Assembly (NCBI RefSeq): GCF_006345805.1
Contig: NC_042997.1
Coordinates: 36,022,001 to 36,086,000 of the forward strand
Length of the DNA stretch: 64,000 nucleotides
Reading direction: 5' to 3'
From: Octopus sinensis
Taxonomy: Eukaryota
The notes under the pieces were generated by a model. The model was given only the letters and a program-made list of their open reading frames with translations. It ran no database searches and had not been told where the DNA came from. The position numbers were made by a program, and so were the translations under genes. The number at the start of each line of letters is the position of its first letter. Within the stretch, counting starts at the first letter, position 1. Positions 43,473-57,846 of this stretch are shown here, one piece after another.

Positions 43473-45182
43473 CATAAATGTATACATAATTATATAAATG
43501 TGTGAATAAATAATAGACTCACACACACACACATATATATACATAAATAAATATATATGCTGTGTGTTGTTAGCTAGCCAGCTAGCTATATAGATAGATA
43601 TAGATTTATATCTATGGGCACGTATCTGAGCATGGGTGCTTTGGTGGATGGGTGCGAGTGGTGTGTAGATGTTCGTGTGTATGTGTGCATGTATGCATTT
43701 TTGTATATGTTTGTGTGTGTGTGTGTGGTGTGTGTGTATGTGTGTGTGTGTGCGCGAGTGTCAAATTTAGACGTAAACTCAGTCCTGGAATTTGAATTTA
43801 GCTCTTTTTGAAATATCCTTAAGAATAACCTTTATGTACGTTATTTCTCTTGAGATTTAATTGAAGTTGTTTTTCTCACGAGAATACAGTCCAGCCTCTA
43901 ACGAATTTGTAAGATTATTTTACTATCAAGACAGCACTATGTGTTCTTTGGTATCTTTATTGATTGATATAAACATATATGTGTGTATTGTGTATTTGTG
44001 TGCGTATCTAGTTACACGTGAACTCTTTCATGTGCGTTTACAATAGAACACGTATGTCTATGTATCAATCATCCCTTCATAAATAGTTTGATAGTTACTT
44101 TTGCTCTCATCTGTTGGGTGCTGCTCACTAAAAAATGCATGATATTTACTTTCTGACTTATCAAACAATATGGAGTATTTGGGGCTTACACCGAATTATG
44201 TTATAATTGCAATATTTTGGCTGTAAACTTTATTTTTAAGGATGTGAAAACTCTTTGGTTCTGGTGTACCTTTAGTGTGGTCGTCTGTATAACATTTTCC
44301 TTGCGTATAGCGCTCCGAACTGTATTGGTGTCAGCGATATACCACGTAGGGGTAATTTGGAGCAACTACTAATGATATGAGTAACAACTTCTGCTGGTAT
44401 AGTAGTAAGTCTGCTACATTTCTCTTCATGATCCAGTATCTCGTAGATGTCGCATGTTCTCGGATAGCAAAATTTTACCATTACTGATGGGATACAATAT
44501 AGTTATCACAGGTCCAGTAAATTCTAATAGATTTCTCAATGTTGCTAGCAAACATTTGGTAGCATTGTTGTCAGAAAACTCTAGCCTGCGGGACATGTAC
44601 CCGTGCCTGACCTCCTGCTGTCATAATGGATAATTCTCTTCGTAACTGCTCATTGAGTCCACTCACGCATAGTTTATATGAAACAACAGTGTTTTCGAAG
44701 AAATATTTCAGTTATTCACTTAATCGCTTCCTATTAACCTATTTGAATAAATTTGAGGTGTATTCACGTTTCGCTTTACTGTTAAAGTAGCTGTTGTCTA
44801 TGTGACACTGACACGATATATGTCTGTCTATGCATGCATGTATGTATGTATTATATGTATATATGGTTGTTTGTATCTATGTATATACATTCAAATCTTC
44901 ATCAAGTTTGCGGAAGCGCACAATCTGGAGGAAATTGAATTTTCCGCATACAAGAAACAACCGATAATGCGATAAATAGGCTAATATAAAACTGAAAAAA
45001 TAACAAAAACAAAAGAAGAAGCATTAGCTTTGGGTAGATATATGCTTATTCGTCAGAGTATGAGTGCAAAAATGCATGGGATTGTTAGAAAAAGCACTGC
45101 TAATTCTAAAATATAGATGAATTTGTCCTGACCAGAACGCAAATACATAACCGAGCAAAACGTTATACAGAAGATTTAACCC

Positions 45183-45216
<34 letters not shown>

Positions 45217-45352
45217 GTAAACAGTAAAAATAATTACAGACATGGTCAAGAACATGAAACACCACAGAGACGACACAAGAACCACAGGACGGGACATTCG
45301 AAGCCCTCAGTCATCAGTCAAGAACCAGATCATCTTAGCAATTTCGGCTGAT

Positions 45353-45425
<73 letters not shown>

Positions 45426-45503
45426 TATATATATATATATATATGTGGGTGTGTGTATACATATCTATGCAAATATATATATACTTACAAACACATGATT
45501 ATG

Positions 45504-45538
<35 letters not shown>

Positions 45539-46035
45539 GACTATATATAAATGCATTTCTACTTGAAGCGATTGGTGTGGGTTTCTTTCCTATTACAAGA
45601 ACGTTGCATATATGCAATCTCTGAATTATTTATTATGTTACGTGACAGGTATATTTGCATTTAAAATTATTAAATCTTATATGATATTTTTCTGAAAATA
45701 ATATAGCATTAATAATATTCTATCTTTGAAGCCGACGTTATTCTGTATGTGAATGTAACTTAGACAGAAGACTAGTGGAACTTGGAAATGGTTTGTAGGA
45801 GAATCTCATAAAGTTCTCGTTGTATCTGAAAATCACGAAATTAGAATTCGCAATATAATGTTCCGAATATTTGTGGTTTTTGTCGTGGTTTTGTTTCATG
45901 TATCCCTTCGTGTGATATCCAAGGTAAAATTTTCTTTCAACAATTCAGTGAACGTATGAGAGAAAAAGTCCATGAGGGGTGGGTGGGTCACTGATAATTC
46001 TTCCTGCATTTTTATTTTATATTTCATAGGACTCA

Positions 46036-46254
46036 TTTACTCTTTTACTCTTTTACTTGTTTCAGTCATTTGACTGCGGCCATGCTGGAGCACCGCCTTT
46101 AATCGAGCAACTCGACCCAGGGACTTATTCTTTTCGTAAGCACAGTACTTGTTCTATCGGTCTCTTTTGCCGAACCACGAAGTGACGGGGACATAAACAC
46201 ACTAGCATCGGTTGTCAAGCAATGCTAGGGGGACAAACACAGACACACAAACAA

Positions 46255-46303
<49 letters not shown>

Positions 46304-46467
46304 TACGACAGGCTTCTTTCAGTTTCCGTCTACCAAATCCACTCACAAGGCATTGGTCGGCCCGGGGCTATAGCAGAAGACACTTGCCCAAGATGCCACG
46401 CAGTGGGACTGAACCCGGAACCATGTGGTTGGTTAGCAAGCTACTTACCGCACAGCCACTCCTGCCC
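46036..46467 (-). mobile_element. Full-length tRNA-derived CORE-type SINE
   Basis: The minus strand shows an A-box-like TGGCTGTGCGG, a B-box-like GGTTCAGTCCC, a CORE-like ttgggcaagtgtctt, an internal (TA)/(TG) tract and a 3' tail catggccgcagtcaaatgactgaaac(aagtaaaagagtaaaagag). It is closely similar to 49952-50367. Confidence 0.92.
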
Positions 46468-47133
46468 CTGTATAAAATTAACAGAAATTATATCGGACTT
46501 AATACATCTTATCATGATAAATTATATTAATGAATATAAAATATTGATTTTTTTTTAAACAGAGCCTTAAAACGTTTTCCTGTTACTGACAGGGGAAGAG
46601 AATCTTCCCACCACAACTCAGTAGCATTAGATTGGTATACCAATGTTGCATGGAATTTAATGCTCATCAGTAAAGCTTACACCATTATGTGTGATTTAGT
46701 TAAATAGAATTTACCATAGGAATCAGTTTCTGATTCTGCAAAGGAGTAATGTGAAAATTATAAAATAATTAAGGTGTCTTGAAGCAATTCCAAACCAAAA
46801 TGTGACGAAAGTTGCAGGCAGTATCAGCATTGCTAGAAATAAGAGTCAAAGAAATCTTTAACCGTGGAAAGCAAATTTTCTTTTTACTGACAGGGGAGAC
46901 GAAATCTCAGCCAGAGTTGAGTGGCAATAATAGAAAATGTGTGGTCTGCTGCTAATGACTCAATTGACTCTTATTTCTAGCAATACTACTGCCCCTGGTA
47001 TCCTTCGTCACTGTTTAGTAAAAGTGAAATTTGCTTCCTTTTTGCTTTTCAATTGCATATAACCTCCTCAAATATATAATGTATGCGTGTGTTTTTGTGT
47101 GTGCATACATACATATACGCACACATATATATG

Positions 47134-47172
<39 letters not shown>

Positions 47173-47402
47173 CACACAAGTGCAAACAAGAGAGACAGAG
47201 AAAGGCAGAAAGAAGGAAAATGCCACTTATATTTGAACACTATACAAATATTCCTTTCAAAAAACTTTTCTTTTAATTTTTCTAAATTTAATTATTTAAT
47301 CGTTACAGTTGAAAAGGTCTCAAAATGACCTAAACCGGTACTGAAATGTCCTTTATAAAATTATTTTAGCATTTTCTATCTTGACTTATTTTTTCATATA
47401 TA
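47173..47402 (+). mobile_element. Solo copy of the Penelope terminal repeat found at 58.1 and 61.2 kb
   Basis: It matches the reverse complement of about 58121-58345 (with a short insert) and contains cag-TTGAAAA-ggtc(tcaaaat)gacc-TAAACCGGTA-ctg at 47306-47343, where G12 is changed to T. Confidence 0.88.
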
Positions 47403-47420
47403 TATATATATATATACGCA

Positions 47421-47725
47421 TTTTTTTTTTCTCTAGTTTCAGCTCAGAGCTGCGGCCATGCTGATGCACCGGCGTTTTGTGCTACACTGTTATTGCGAAG
47501 AACCTCGTCTAATATGTGGTACTTGAAGAATGGAGTTTGATATAGCTACTCTCATTTGCACCTCTTGCCATGAGGTAGGCTCATCTGGGACTCTTGGCAG
47601 GAAGATGTCCAGCTTTGATTTAAAACCCGCTACATCTACTTTGTGCAAGTTCCTCAGACTCTTTGGGAGAATATATTAAAAATCTCTGAGCCCTTGAAAC
47701 CCAGGCTGTTGCAGAAGCTGGTCCT
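47421..47725 (-). mobile_element. 5'-truncated L2/CR1-group LINE 3' end (second family)
   Basis: The minus strand gives SPKSLRNLHKVDVAGFKSKLDIFLPRVPDEPTSWQEVQMRVAISNSIL. The tail reads catggccgcagctctgagctgaaac followed by an A-rich run. Confidence 0.8.
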
Positions 47726-48419
47726 ATATATACATTTCTATATACATATGTGTTTGTGTAATATAGACAGGCAGACAGACAAAGAGAGAGGTAGAGCAAG
47801 CGTGCAGTACATGCTCAATTGCACACACACATATATATATTCTGCTGACACAAGACTTAATTAGAAACAATCATATGAAATGGACAGTTGCAATTATTAC
47901 CCTTTTCATACAATAATGTATTAGAAAAGAAAATGACCTACAGCTGAATATGCAAATTAATTGACATTGCTTCTGGAATCGAATAGGTTTTTGTGCAATA
48001 ATCATCAATGATACTGTATTTATAATTGCTAATATCGAGGGATTTCTTGAATAGGATATACCTATTTGTCTTGAAGTCGCATTCACGATATCTCGTTCAA
48101 TTAAGAAATTACTGAGGCGCCAGAATTATGCACTGCAAATTTAAACTACGATAAAAGGACTGTATCATTCAGGCAACCCTTCGTGTGTAATGTAATTAAG
48201 CTTAATTAAATAAATCGAAGAATTCTAAATACATATTACTGGCGCCATTTATAGAGTATTAATCAACACACTTTTCATGAATGCGTTATTTATGACAATA
48301 AGTAAATCCGATTTCATGCTTTTCATAATGTTGGCCTTACATACATACATATAAATATTTATGCATGCATCCATACAACAAAATATATAAATATGCATAT
48401 ATAGATGTATATTCATGTA

Positions 48420-48640
<221 letters not shown>

Positions 48641-49951
48641 AGGTGTCTAGAAGCAATACCAAAGAAAAAAGGAAATAATTCACCGTCACTAAACAGTAAC
48701 GAAGGTTGCGTGGATCAGTAACGTTGCTAAAAATAAGTGTAAAAGAAATATTTAAAAGTGGGAAACTTTCTTTTTACTCACAAGGGAGACGAAATCTGGC
48801 TTCCTATTCTATATCTCATGGTCCCACTGAATCATAAAATTCGATAGAATTTTCTTATAGAATATTCCATGTATGATTCGCAGACAGCTGTGCTATAAAT
48901 AGAGGCTGGATATAGCAAAGATGCAGTGCGGGCAAACTAAAAAAAAAACTGTGTAAGCGAGAAGGACAAGATAAAGACAGTGTGATCTAATTATCCAATA
49001 TGAACTTCGCAAGCTGCATATAGTGATTATGAACAAAGAAGAAAAAATCATCTTTAATAATTGATATTGCATGCCCTTGATAAGGAGATCAGATAATGGT
49101 ATTTGTATTGGGATATAAAAAAGATTGTAGTCGTTGAAGAATATAAAATTTATACAGAATTTGAAGCCATGGAAACTATATGTACAAAGATTACAAACTG
49201 GATTGAAACGATAGGAATTAATACGAAGATACGGCATTTATAGAAAATAGCGTTGCTTGGAACCGCGCAAATCTTACGCAAATTCTCGAAATTTGAATGG
49301 AGTGCGTTTCTTTAGCATCGTATGTGTGTGTGTACGTTTGCGAATGTGTGTGTGTGTGTTTGCGGGGTAGTATGTGCGTGTGTATGTGTGTGTGTTCAGG
49401 GTGTGTGTACAATTGTGTGTGCGCGTGAGTGAACTTGTGAGCGGGGTGGGGAGTTTGTATGTAGACAGCAGACTGCTATATCACCCAGTGAAAGATTGTG
49501 TTAAACAACAGTAACACAAATAATAGATAATTGCCTACTTATTCACTGTAAAGTGTATATCAGAGTGAACACTACAAGGGTAATAAACATATTTAATTCT
49601 CATCTTCAAAAAGACTAAAGTACTGATTTCAAGCAATAATGGTAACAGTAATATCAAGTGATGCACTATATTTAAGTTTAGTTTGGGAATGATTATTAAA
49701 ATTGCTAATATTCTTCATATAGTTTTTCTTGTGTGCAATGCAGTATCGAACGAAAGTTGCTACACATGTCATATTACATCTACGTTCTTAATACAATTTT
49801 CATATGCTATGCCTTAAAAACATTGTCTAGCATATTGTTAAATCCAAAGAAAATTGTACGTTAAAATAACCAGTACATCTAACAAATTCCATTTTCACCA
49901 TTTGTAACACAGTTGACTAAATTCAGAAGAATCAAATTTCCTCATCAAATA

Positions 49952-50367
49952 TACTCTTTACTCTTTTACTCTTTTACTTGTTTCAGTCATTTGACTGCGG
50001 CCATGCTGGAGCACCGCCTTTAGTCGAGCAAATCGACCCCGGGACGTATTCTTTGTAAGCCTAGTACTTATTCTATCGGGCTGTTTTGCCGAACCGCTAA
50101 GTGACGGGGACGTAAACACACCAGCATCGGTTGTCAAGCAATGCTAGAGGGACAAACACAGACACACAAACAAACACACACATATATATACATATACATA
50201 TATACGACAGGCTTCTTTCAGTTTCCGTCTACCAAATCCACTCACAAGGCATTGGTCGGCCCGGGGCTATAGCAGAAGACACTTGCCCAAGATGCCACGC
50301 AGTGGGACTGAACCCGGAACCATGTGGTTGGTTAGCAAGCTATTTACCACACAGCCACTCCTGCGCC
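49952..50367 (-). mobile_element. Full-length tRNA-derived CORE-type SINE (same subfamily as 46.0 kb)
   Basis: Same A-box, B-box, CORE-like segment and (gagtaaaa)n tail. Long stretches are identical to the 46.0-kb copy. Confidence 0.92.
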
Positions 50368-51354
50368 TATATATTAATATTATTATTGCTTCAGTTTTCT
50401 AGATATCAGGTTTTCTAGATATCAGGTGTAAGTATCATGAGAGTTTGACGATTAGGCACAGTAGCTATTCAACAGTTTCGTGACAATATATCTACGATAA
50501 AATTCAAAACTATAATTTGTTAGGAGAATAATACATATATTTCGCTTCAGTTATAATTAGATATCTTCTAATTTCACTGCCAGACGTTACACGACAAGTG
50601 CTCAGGTTCTTAAAACCTATACAATAACAAGCATCACCTTTCATTTAAGGGCACGTAACCTATTTTAGGAATTAATGATTTTACAGAAATCTGTAGGTCA
50701 GCTACATTTACCTAATCAAATAACTACCTGCTACTCTTAGAATCAAAGGCTATATTCGTCAATGAAGCAATTGAATAGAAAGCAGAGAAGGCTAATGTAA
50801 CCATAGACAGTGGACATGTGGAGAAAGAATTTATCATGTCTCATACATCATTTTCGAAAAGAGACAAAACAAAAATAAAATAAAATCATATTTTTTAATT
50901 CGCTTTTATGTCCATAATGTTTTAATTTCATTTAATGTTTTAATATTATTCACAGAGTCTAGACCGTGACATTTTTGTCAATATTGTCTGTTCATTTTCT
51001 CCAGGATTTATTCACACAATGGACAAAAAGTATATCTATAGTTTATTTTTGTAAGATAAGGGAAATTCCGGTAAAATGATGTCGGTACATTGTTGGAACA
51101 ATACATTTGTCTCGCTAATTCTTTTAAACCGCTATCAATTAATGCAAATTACATTATCGTTTATTGTACGTGTGCATATAGAGTTAAATGAAAACTTGCT
51201 TTAAAGTTAGAGAAACCAGTAGTGAATATATCGTATAAAGCTGCAAAACTTTAATGACGTCACGTTATTTATAACCTCTCACTCTTTCTACATATGTATA
51301 CGTGTCTGTGTGTATGTGTGCGTGGACGTGTTTATCTATTTGTGTGTGTAATTA

Positions 51355-51386
<32 letters not shown>

Positions 51387-51611
51387 AGCTCTTTTCTAAT
51401 GACTTACAGAAGACACAAGCTCTCTACGACAGGCCACATGGAGTTATTTCAGTGCTGATTTCAGAACTGAATAATCTTCATCAGTGACCCATTACTCCGT
51501 CGCCGAGCGTTAAACAACTTAACTTTCCTTGTCACTCTTATAGAGAACACCATAGGAAACATTGACTGATTCCAAAAATTGTGATGTGAGAATTCTTCAG
51601 TATCCGCACAT

Positions 51612-52949
51612 CATGTTTGTTGTTGTTGTTGCTGCTCAGTGGCAGTTGCAAGGGTATTTGCCTTGGGTTGGTAGTAGAGTTTGAATACTCCTTTGGATTT
51701 ATTTCGCCAGGTTCAATATGGTTTAAAAAGAAGATTGGTTTCTCGAGTCACTGCAGTTGCTGTTACACTGCTGGATGCGACGCAATTAATGTTATAACTA
51801 CCTTTATTTTTTTTCGGATTGGTTTACTCTTTCTCGTTTATGTGGGGGAAAGAACCATTTTTGCTGTAGGAGGCGATACAATTATTGTGGTGATTGGAGT
51901 TTGAGGAGTTTGGATAAAGAGCAAGTTTGGGGTAGTTGAATCTGTTGTAGGGAGCACTCACAATGTTATCACTTTTCTTAGTGCCACTATATTAACTGAT
52001 GGAGCATCTAGTTCCCGCGAGGTGGGTAAAAGTGCAGCTTTGTTGCAACCATAATCTCCCATGAAGATAACAGCGGCAAATAATGGGATTCCGTTTTGTA
52101 AGAGGAGTGTGATGTGGTTGCCTGTTCATGGATTTTCCATAGTTGATGCGTCTGGTTCTTGGGAGGTGAGTGAAAAACAGTCTCGTCGAAAACAAATCCT
52201 CTCACGCAGGGAATAAAGGCAGATTTGGGGTTCTGTTTTCTTTGTCAGGTCGGGATATGTGGCAATTGTTTGCTTGCAGAAGAATTAGAGGTGAATGATT
52301 CTGGGAATGATGTGGTAAGGGTTGTTCTTAGTGAACTTGGTTGAGCTGAGATGTTAGTCAGCTTACTGCTGGGTTGTAACGGTGAGGGACTAGTAAAGGT
52401 TGTGGCAGTGGAAACAGTAGTAGTAGCTGAAAATCACCATGGTGACAACGGTGCTGGCATCGATAGTGATGGTGGTGGTGCTACTGGTAGTGACAATGAC
52501 GATGTTGCTTGTAATGAGGATGAAGGTGATGGCAGTGGTGTTGTTGGTGTTAGTAGTGGTGACGGTAGTGATGTTGTTGGTGGTTGATATGAGGAATTGG
52601 TTGTCATGGTAATCATGGGGTGAACAAAATTTGGTATGTGGGCATTAGTAGGATGGAAAATTTACAGGTCAGTAACGGTAGGTAGTTTTCGTTTAGTTGA
52701 ATCGACGAATATTAAGTGGAATATAGAAAGATGCTCCTTAACGAGGTGGTAGGATTTCGCAATAGGCTTTAATTTAAATTCCACTTGTTTTGCTGTTCGA
52801 TTGCCAAAAAGTGGGGCAATTTTAGAAGCAGCGTCACTGAAGCATGACGCTTGTGTGTTGGCTTTTTGTGAAGGGTCAAGCCAGATGTTAAGTAGAATAG
52901 CAACTTCATTATCTGTCCAGTGAAGTTTCTTTTGGGCTATTGTACTCAT
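51612..52949 (-). pseudogene. Decayed ORF: N-terminal Myb/SANT-like (trihelix-type) domain plus a long Ser/Thr/Pro-rich tail, possibly transposon-derived
   Basis: The N-terminus reads WTDNEVAILLNIW...FSDAASKI...RTAKQVEFKLKPIAKSYHLVK. ORFs 52662-52949, 52434-52616 and 52008-52205 are all in one frame, separated by in-frame stops. A shifted frame ends ...TATEQQQQQQT* near 51612. Confidence 0.6.
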
Positions 52950-52965
52950 GGTGATAGTAGTTGCT

Positions 52966-53436
52966 GTCTTTTCTTTCGTTCGTTTTGCTACTCAATAATT
53001 TAGGTGAATTCGCTTTTTTTTCTCTATGTGATGGCGAAAGAATAATTTTGAAAGTGAGGGGTGTTTGAGTTTTACGAAAGTGTGTGGTGGTTTTAAAATG
53101 CATAATTTTGTGTATGTGGCCGTTTGAATTTTGCGAAATTATGTGATTGTTTAAAAATGTATAATCTTGTGCAATGTGACCGTTAGTTTTAAACAGAAAT
53201 ATACGCGTGAAATGTTGTAATAATAGTAATTGCTCTAAAGTGATTTTACTCTGTTTGTTAGGTGTCTTTTCTTTCGCTCGTTTTGCTAGTCAATAATTTA
53301 GGTGGTATATCCTTTTTTCTATATGTGATGGAGAAAAGATGGTTTTGAAAATGAAAGGTGTTTGATTTTTGAGAAATCTTGTATTTGTAGCCGTCAGATT
53401 TAAACAGAGTTTTAAACAGAGATATACGACTGGAAA
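52966..53436. repeat. Two diverged tandem units (52966-~53215 and 53264-~53436) directly upstream of the SANT-like ORF
   Basis: Both units begin gtcttttctttcg(t/c)tcgttttgcta(c/g)tcaataatttaggtg and end ttttaaacaga(a/g)atatacg. The first unit has an extra internal sub-repeat. Confidence 0.85.
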
Positions 53437-53619
53437 GTCAAACGTGTGTGTGCAAATTCTGACTGCTCAATGAATTTAATAAAATCACAGGACGCACGTG
53501 TGGTTGCGTATATAATTAATAAAATCACATGAGAAATTTGCACTGCACTTACAAGAAATTATTTGTTTTTCCACGTTGTTCCAGGTATTATATATATATA
53601 TTTATACATAGACAGATGA

Positions 53620-53758
<139 letters not shown>

Positions 53759-55721
53759 GTATGTATGTATGTTTGAGAGTACGTGGGTGTAAATATATAC
53801 ATAAATACACACATACGTACGTATGTGTATACATGCACGCAGGTTCAGCCCGCATGCACAGTTGCCTCGGGCAAAGTAAGTCAAGACACTAAATGTATTC
53901 AAAGTATTCTAAATTCATATACAGCTACCTATCGACTCAATTTCCGGTAACTGCATGCATCCAAATATCCACGCATACTTATAAAGCATCAACAGTCACA
54001 AAAACGTGTAAAGACATAATTATACGTTTCTCGTATAAATTGCGTTTGCAAACACCGACTGCTTTCATAAACTCTAAAGAAACGTATTGCGTATGAGGGA
54101 GAATTTATTTCTATTGGCTCAATCTATACACATCACAAGCAGGTTTCATCTTTCGACTCCTTTTAATTGTTGATATACATGCATAATTACACGTATAAAC
54201 ACATATACACGCGTGCATGCAACCGCAGATTCACAGATATTTACAGATATACACATACACACAAAGAGTAGAATATAAGGATGTACATGTATAGGCAAAT
54301 ATTTGCTATGAGTCATTTAAGCTTGCGTACGTACGTACGTATTATACATGTATTTAGAAGTAGTGCAGTTGTGTCATAGTATCAAATTTTCCTGCTGTTC
54401 TACTCGTTTAATGATATGTGCGTCACGATTCGTATACACACACACCTATGCATACATTGTTTAACTGACAACCGCAAACACACGCTCACACATACGTAAT
54501 TGCATGTATGATTAGACATAATTACATATGAGTGTGTGTGCGTTTGTGCGTGTTGGTGGTTGTACACACACACACACATATATAATATATATAGATATAT
54601 ATATACATATATTGATATACATAAATGCACACGTTTTCTGTGCGTCCGCATATGCAAACACAGTTTCCGATATATGAAACACAATATACTTTTCCTGTTG
54701 ATCGCTTGCCAGAGATTCCATGATTCAATATATTTTCTTAAATCAGAATCCGTATCATTCAGCATATTATATTTATCCGATTAAAATATGCACGTAATCA
54801 TGTGGTTTAGCATTACAGTAAATATATCTTATGTTATTTGGGTGATTAATCAAATACGAGTTTGATTTTATCAACATGAGAATTTGCCAGATACTGATTC
54901 AAAAATAATAGATTCCCAAAGCAGAATATCTTTATGGAGATGGAACTGATTTCTCTTCTCTCTATGCGCATAATGGTAACTATAAAACTCTTACACGACA
55001 AAAGGCTGCTTAAGACATCAATGCCCGCATTCACACATTGTGATAAAATCAGTGTCACATTTATAACGTGATATTTGTAACAATAGCTCCATAGTTCTTT
55101 ACTTCCATATCAGTACAAACAACTCTGCCAAAAAGGTTACACATTTTATGCCTAAAATCATTATATACTTTATATTCTCGATATTTCTTTTACTTGTATA
55201 TTTAGATTATTAGCCATATATCTATTAGAATATAAATGTCCGACAATATTAAACCGTTTTCAATAATTCTCCGCTTTTATTCACGTGGTTATATTTAACT
55301 TTCTTATTATTTTATTCAATAATAACTAGAGAATTCATTCATATATATTTCTCTTATGATATCTGTTCAATCATAAACACAGACACACACATACAGATAG
55401 AAATCGTATGTTCGGTAAATAGCATATTTATATTATAAAATACTAGACTTTTGTTAGAAGGCTGCACTACACATATATAATGCATTATGCATTTAGGCTC
55501 TGTAGCTTTCGGCTATATTTTTGTAGTTCTATATATTAACAATGACTATTATTGATGATAAGCAATGCTGTACCTTGTATTTCCCTTTCTAATCTCCTGG
55601 TGAGTATTCATGACCGCTTCAGTATTTCATCCACAATTGCTTGTATGAAAATTCCCAAGACGAATCTCCAACATATAAATTTACCTGCTCTGAGTGATGT
55701 TTCTTTTATTTTCCTCGTCAT

Positions 55722-55783
55722 ACAGTATGGTAAGAAATTTACTAAAATATTTCAATATTTTAGTATATTTCTTACCATACTGT
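55722..55783. repeat. 62-bp near-perfect palindrome (30-bp arms, one mismatch)
   Basis: acagtatggtaagaaatttactaaaatatt-tc-aatattttagtatatttcttaccatactgt. Confidence 0.9.
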
Positions 55784-57846
55784 TATAATACTGTCGGCTG
55801 CAACGATCTCTCAATCACATCACTATTGGTATAAAGATAAATAAGTCGATGTTTTTCAGTCACTGATAATTCATGCCTGCTGCCTTGCTGTAATCATTAA
55901 ACCAACTTAAACGTTATGAGTTAAATTTATATCTGCGTAGATTTTTTTTTCTTTTCATATCTTTAGGGAAATATATTAGTCACTAGTTTATATAATATAT
56001 AATCTGATTCTGAAGTAGAATACCGAATCGTGGATTATGAATGGCAATCAATAATAATGTGGAACATCGCACCGTAGCAGCATATTTTTTTTTCTGAGAT
56101 ATAGATTAAGAACGTGTAGAATGTGAACAAAATCGTTACAGTGTTTGATTGCATCTGATGTGTCCTTATATTCAGCTTTTATTTTGATTTCTAGTCACAA
56201 TTAATTTAACATTACTCATATATTTCTTGGGCCTATAAATTAAACGCTACACATATAAATGTGTTGTCGATATTTTCGACAGTGCCACAATATCCTGTAG
56301 GCATGCATTCCAATGATAGGAATGCCATGAGTGTCAGGCATAATGTATCTCCATCAAAATTATTCATATTGGCTTCAGTTATTCATGATGATAAACTGTG
56401 ATTTAAAAGAAATGCACATGATGTTTATAGAACCTGTAGAATTTACTCAGACTACGATTGCATCCTAACATGTCAAAAGTAGTGCGATGAAAACAATATT
56501 ATCAAGGAAACATGTGTAAAAATAATGAAACAATGTTTATTGAATTTATTATATTTAAATTATTTCTTTTTCTTTTTCAATAAAAAATATATTTTTCAAT
56601 ACAGTCTTATATTTTTACTAGGTAGATTAGGTCGTCCTTAATCTAGAATAAATAATCCGTCACTAAAATGATAAAATACTTTGAATATGCATTAAATGAT
56701 AATATTCCATCGCACAATGCAGTCTTGCATATGTCAATCACAACATTATAATAATAACAAGTGGTAAGCGCTAGCAGCAATGCATATACGTCGTTAACTC
56801 CCCTGGAACATCTAGTATTTGTGCGGAATATTATAAATCATATTAGCATAAATATATGGAGTGAGCAACTAATACACTTTGAATAGGCTTGATTCTTGTA
56901 AATGTCTTCCAAATGAAAACAATAATGTAAAAGGATACGAGGATCGGCATAGCAATTTATCATTCTAGGCTATATACATTCTGGAAAATAAATGGAAACA
57001 TATGGCCTTTACGGAAGCGATGTATATATTACTCTTCATAACAATATATAATGTCGATAAGGTATCATGCGTAACTTTATATATATGTAACTCTGTGCCG
57101 TATATAGATTTGTAAATAATTCAATACGCTTAAGCGTAAGATGTGTAAGTATTACTGCGGGCGTTTGAAAGGCTATAATTATATCTGTTCATATGCAACT
57201 GAGAATAAATTTTATTGCGGGCAGAAGTAATTTTCCCTATTCTACAATGTGTCACCCATACACCTCGATGTTATTCTTGTGATTCACAAGATTCGCTAAA
57301 ATACTAAAATATTTTGCAAAATACTGAAAAGGTATGTACAATAATGGAATAATAAAGGATCCAAGCCTTCGCAAGGAAAAAAAACACTTAGCTTGTGAAG
57401 ATCTCAATATTACTATCGACGCATTCTTAAGCAATGTAACTCGTACGCGCCTCGAAACGTGCACGCACACTCACATACACAAATACACATACACATACAC
57501 ATACCCACCTCGTCATACCTGGATAGATATATAGAATTATAACAGATTAATTGACAGATGTTTGTAGAGCAGATATATATACACATAGGTAGTGAAATAT
57601 CTCTAAGCATAACGTTTGTATATACAGATTGAGAAAGAGAGAAAGCAATAGAAAGAGAAAGAGTAAGAGAAAAGAGAGAATGAGCGAGAGTGAAAGAAAG
57701 TGAAAGAGAAACCGATATACAGAAATAGATAACTATAAACATATAAAATATCATTTATGCTCGATATAGAAATCTATAATATCCTGTCAGTTACCAGTAA
57801 TTCAAAATTGCACGTATATGTATATGTATGAAAGTAAACAAATGCT

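Noticed and set aside
44250-44700. Stop-interrupted frames, possibly an old transposase
   Set aside because: No catalytic or family motif could be identified with confidence.
45216-45353. Repeat-like unit containing CTGATGA and GAAA on the minus strand
   Set aside because: The motifs are in permuted order and stems I and III cannot be formed convincingly. It is probably a dispersed repeat, but there is only one copy here.
51432-51489. Hammerhead-like CUGAUGA...GAAA on the minus strand downstream of the SANT-like ORF
   Set aside because: Stem II does not close next to GAAA and the cleavage position would be G. The gctgatttcag-type sequence is more likely part of a DNA-element end.
53809-53828. 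Perfect 20-bp palindrome
   Set aside because: It is the junction of opposing CA/TG-type microsatellites and is expected by chance here.
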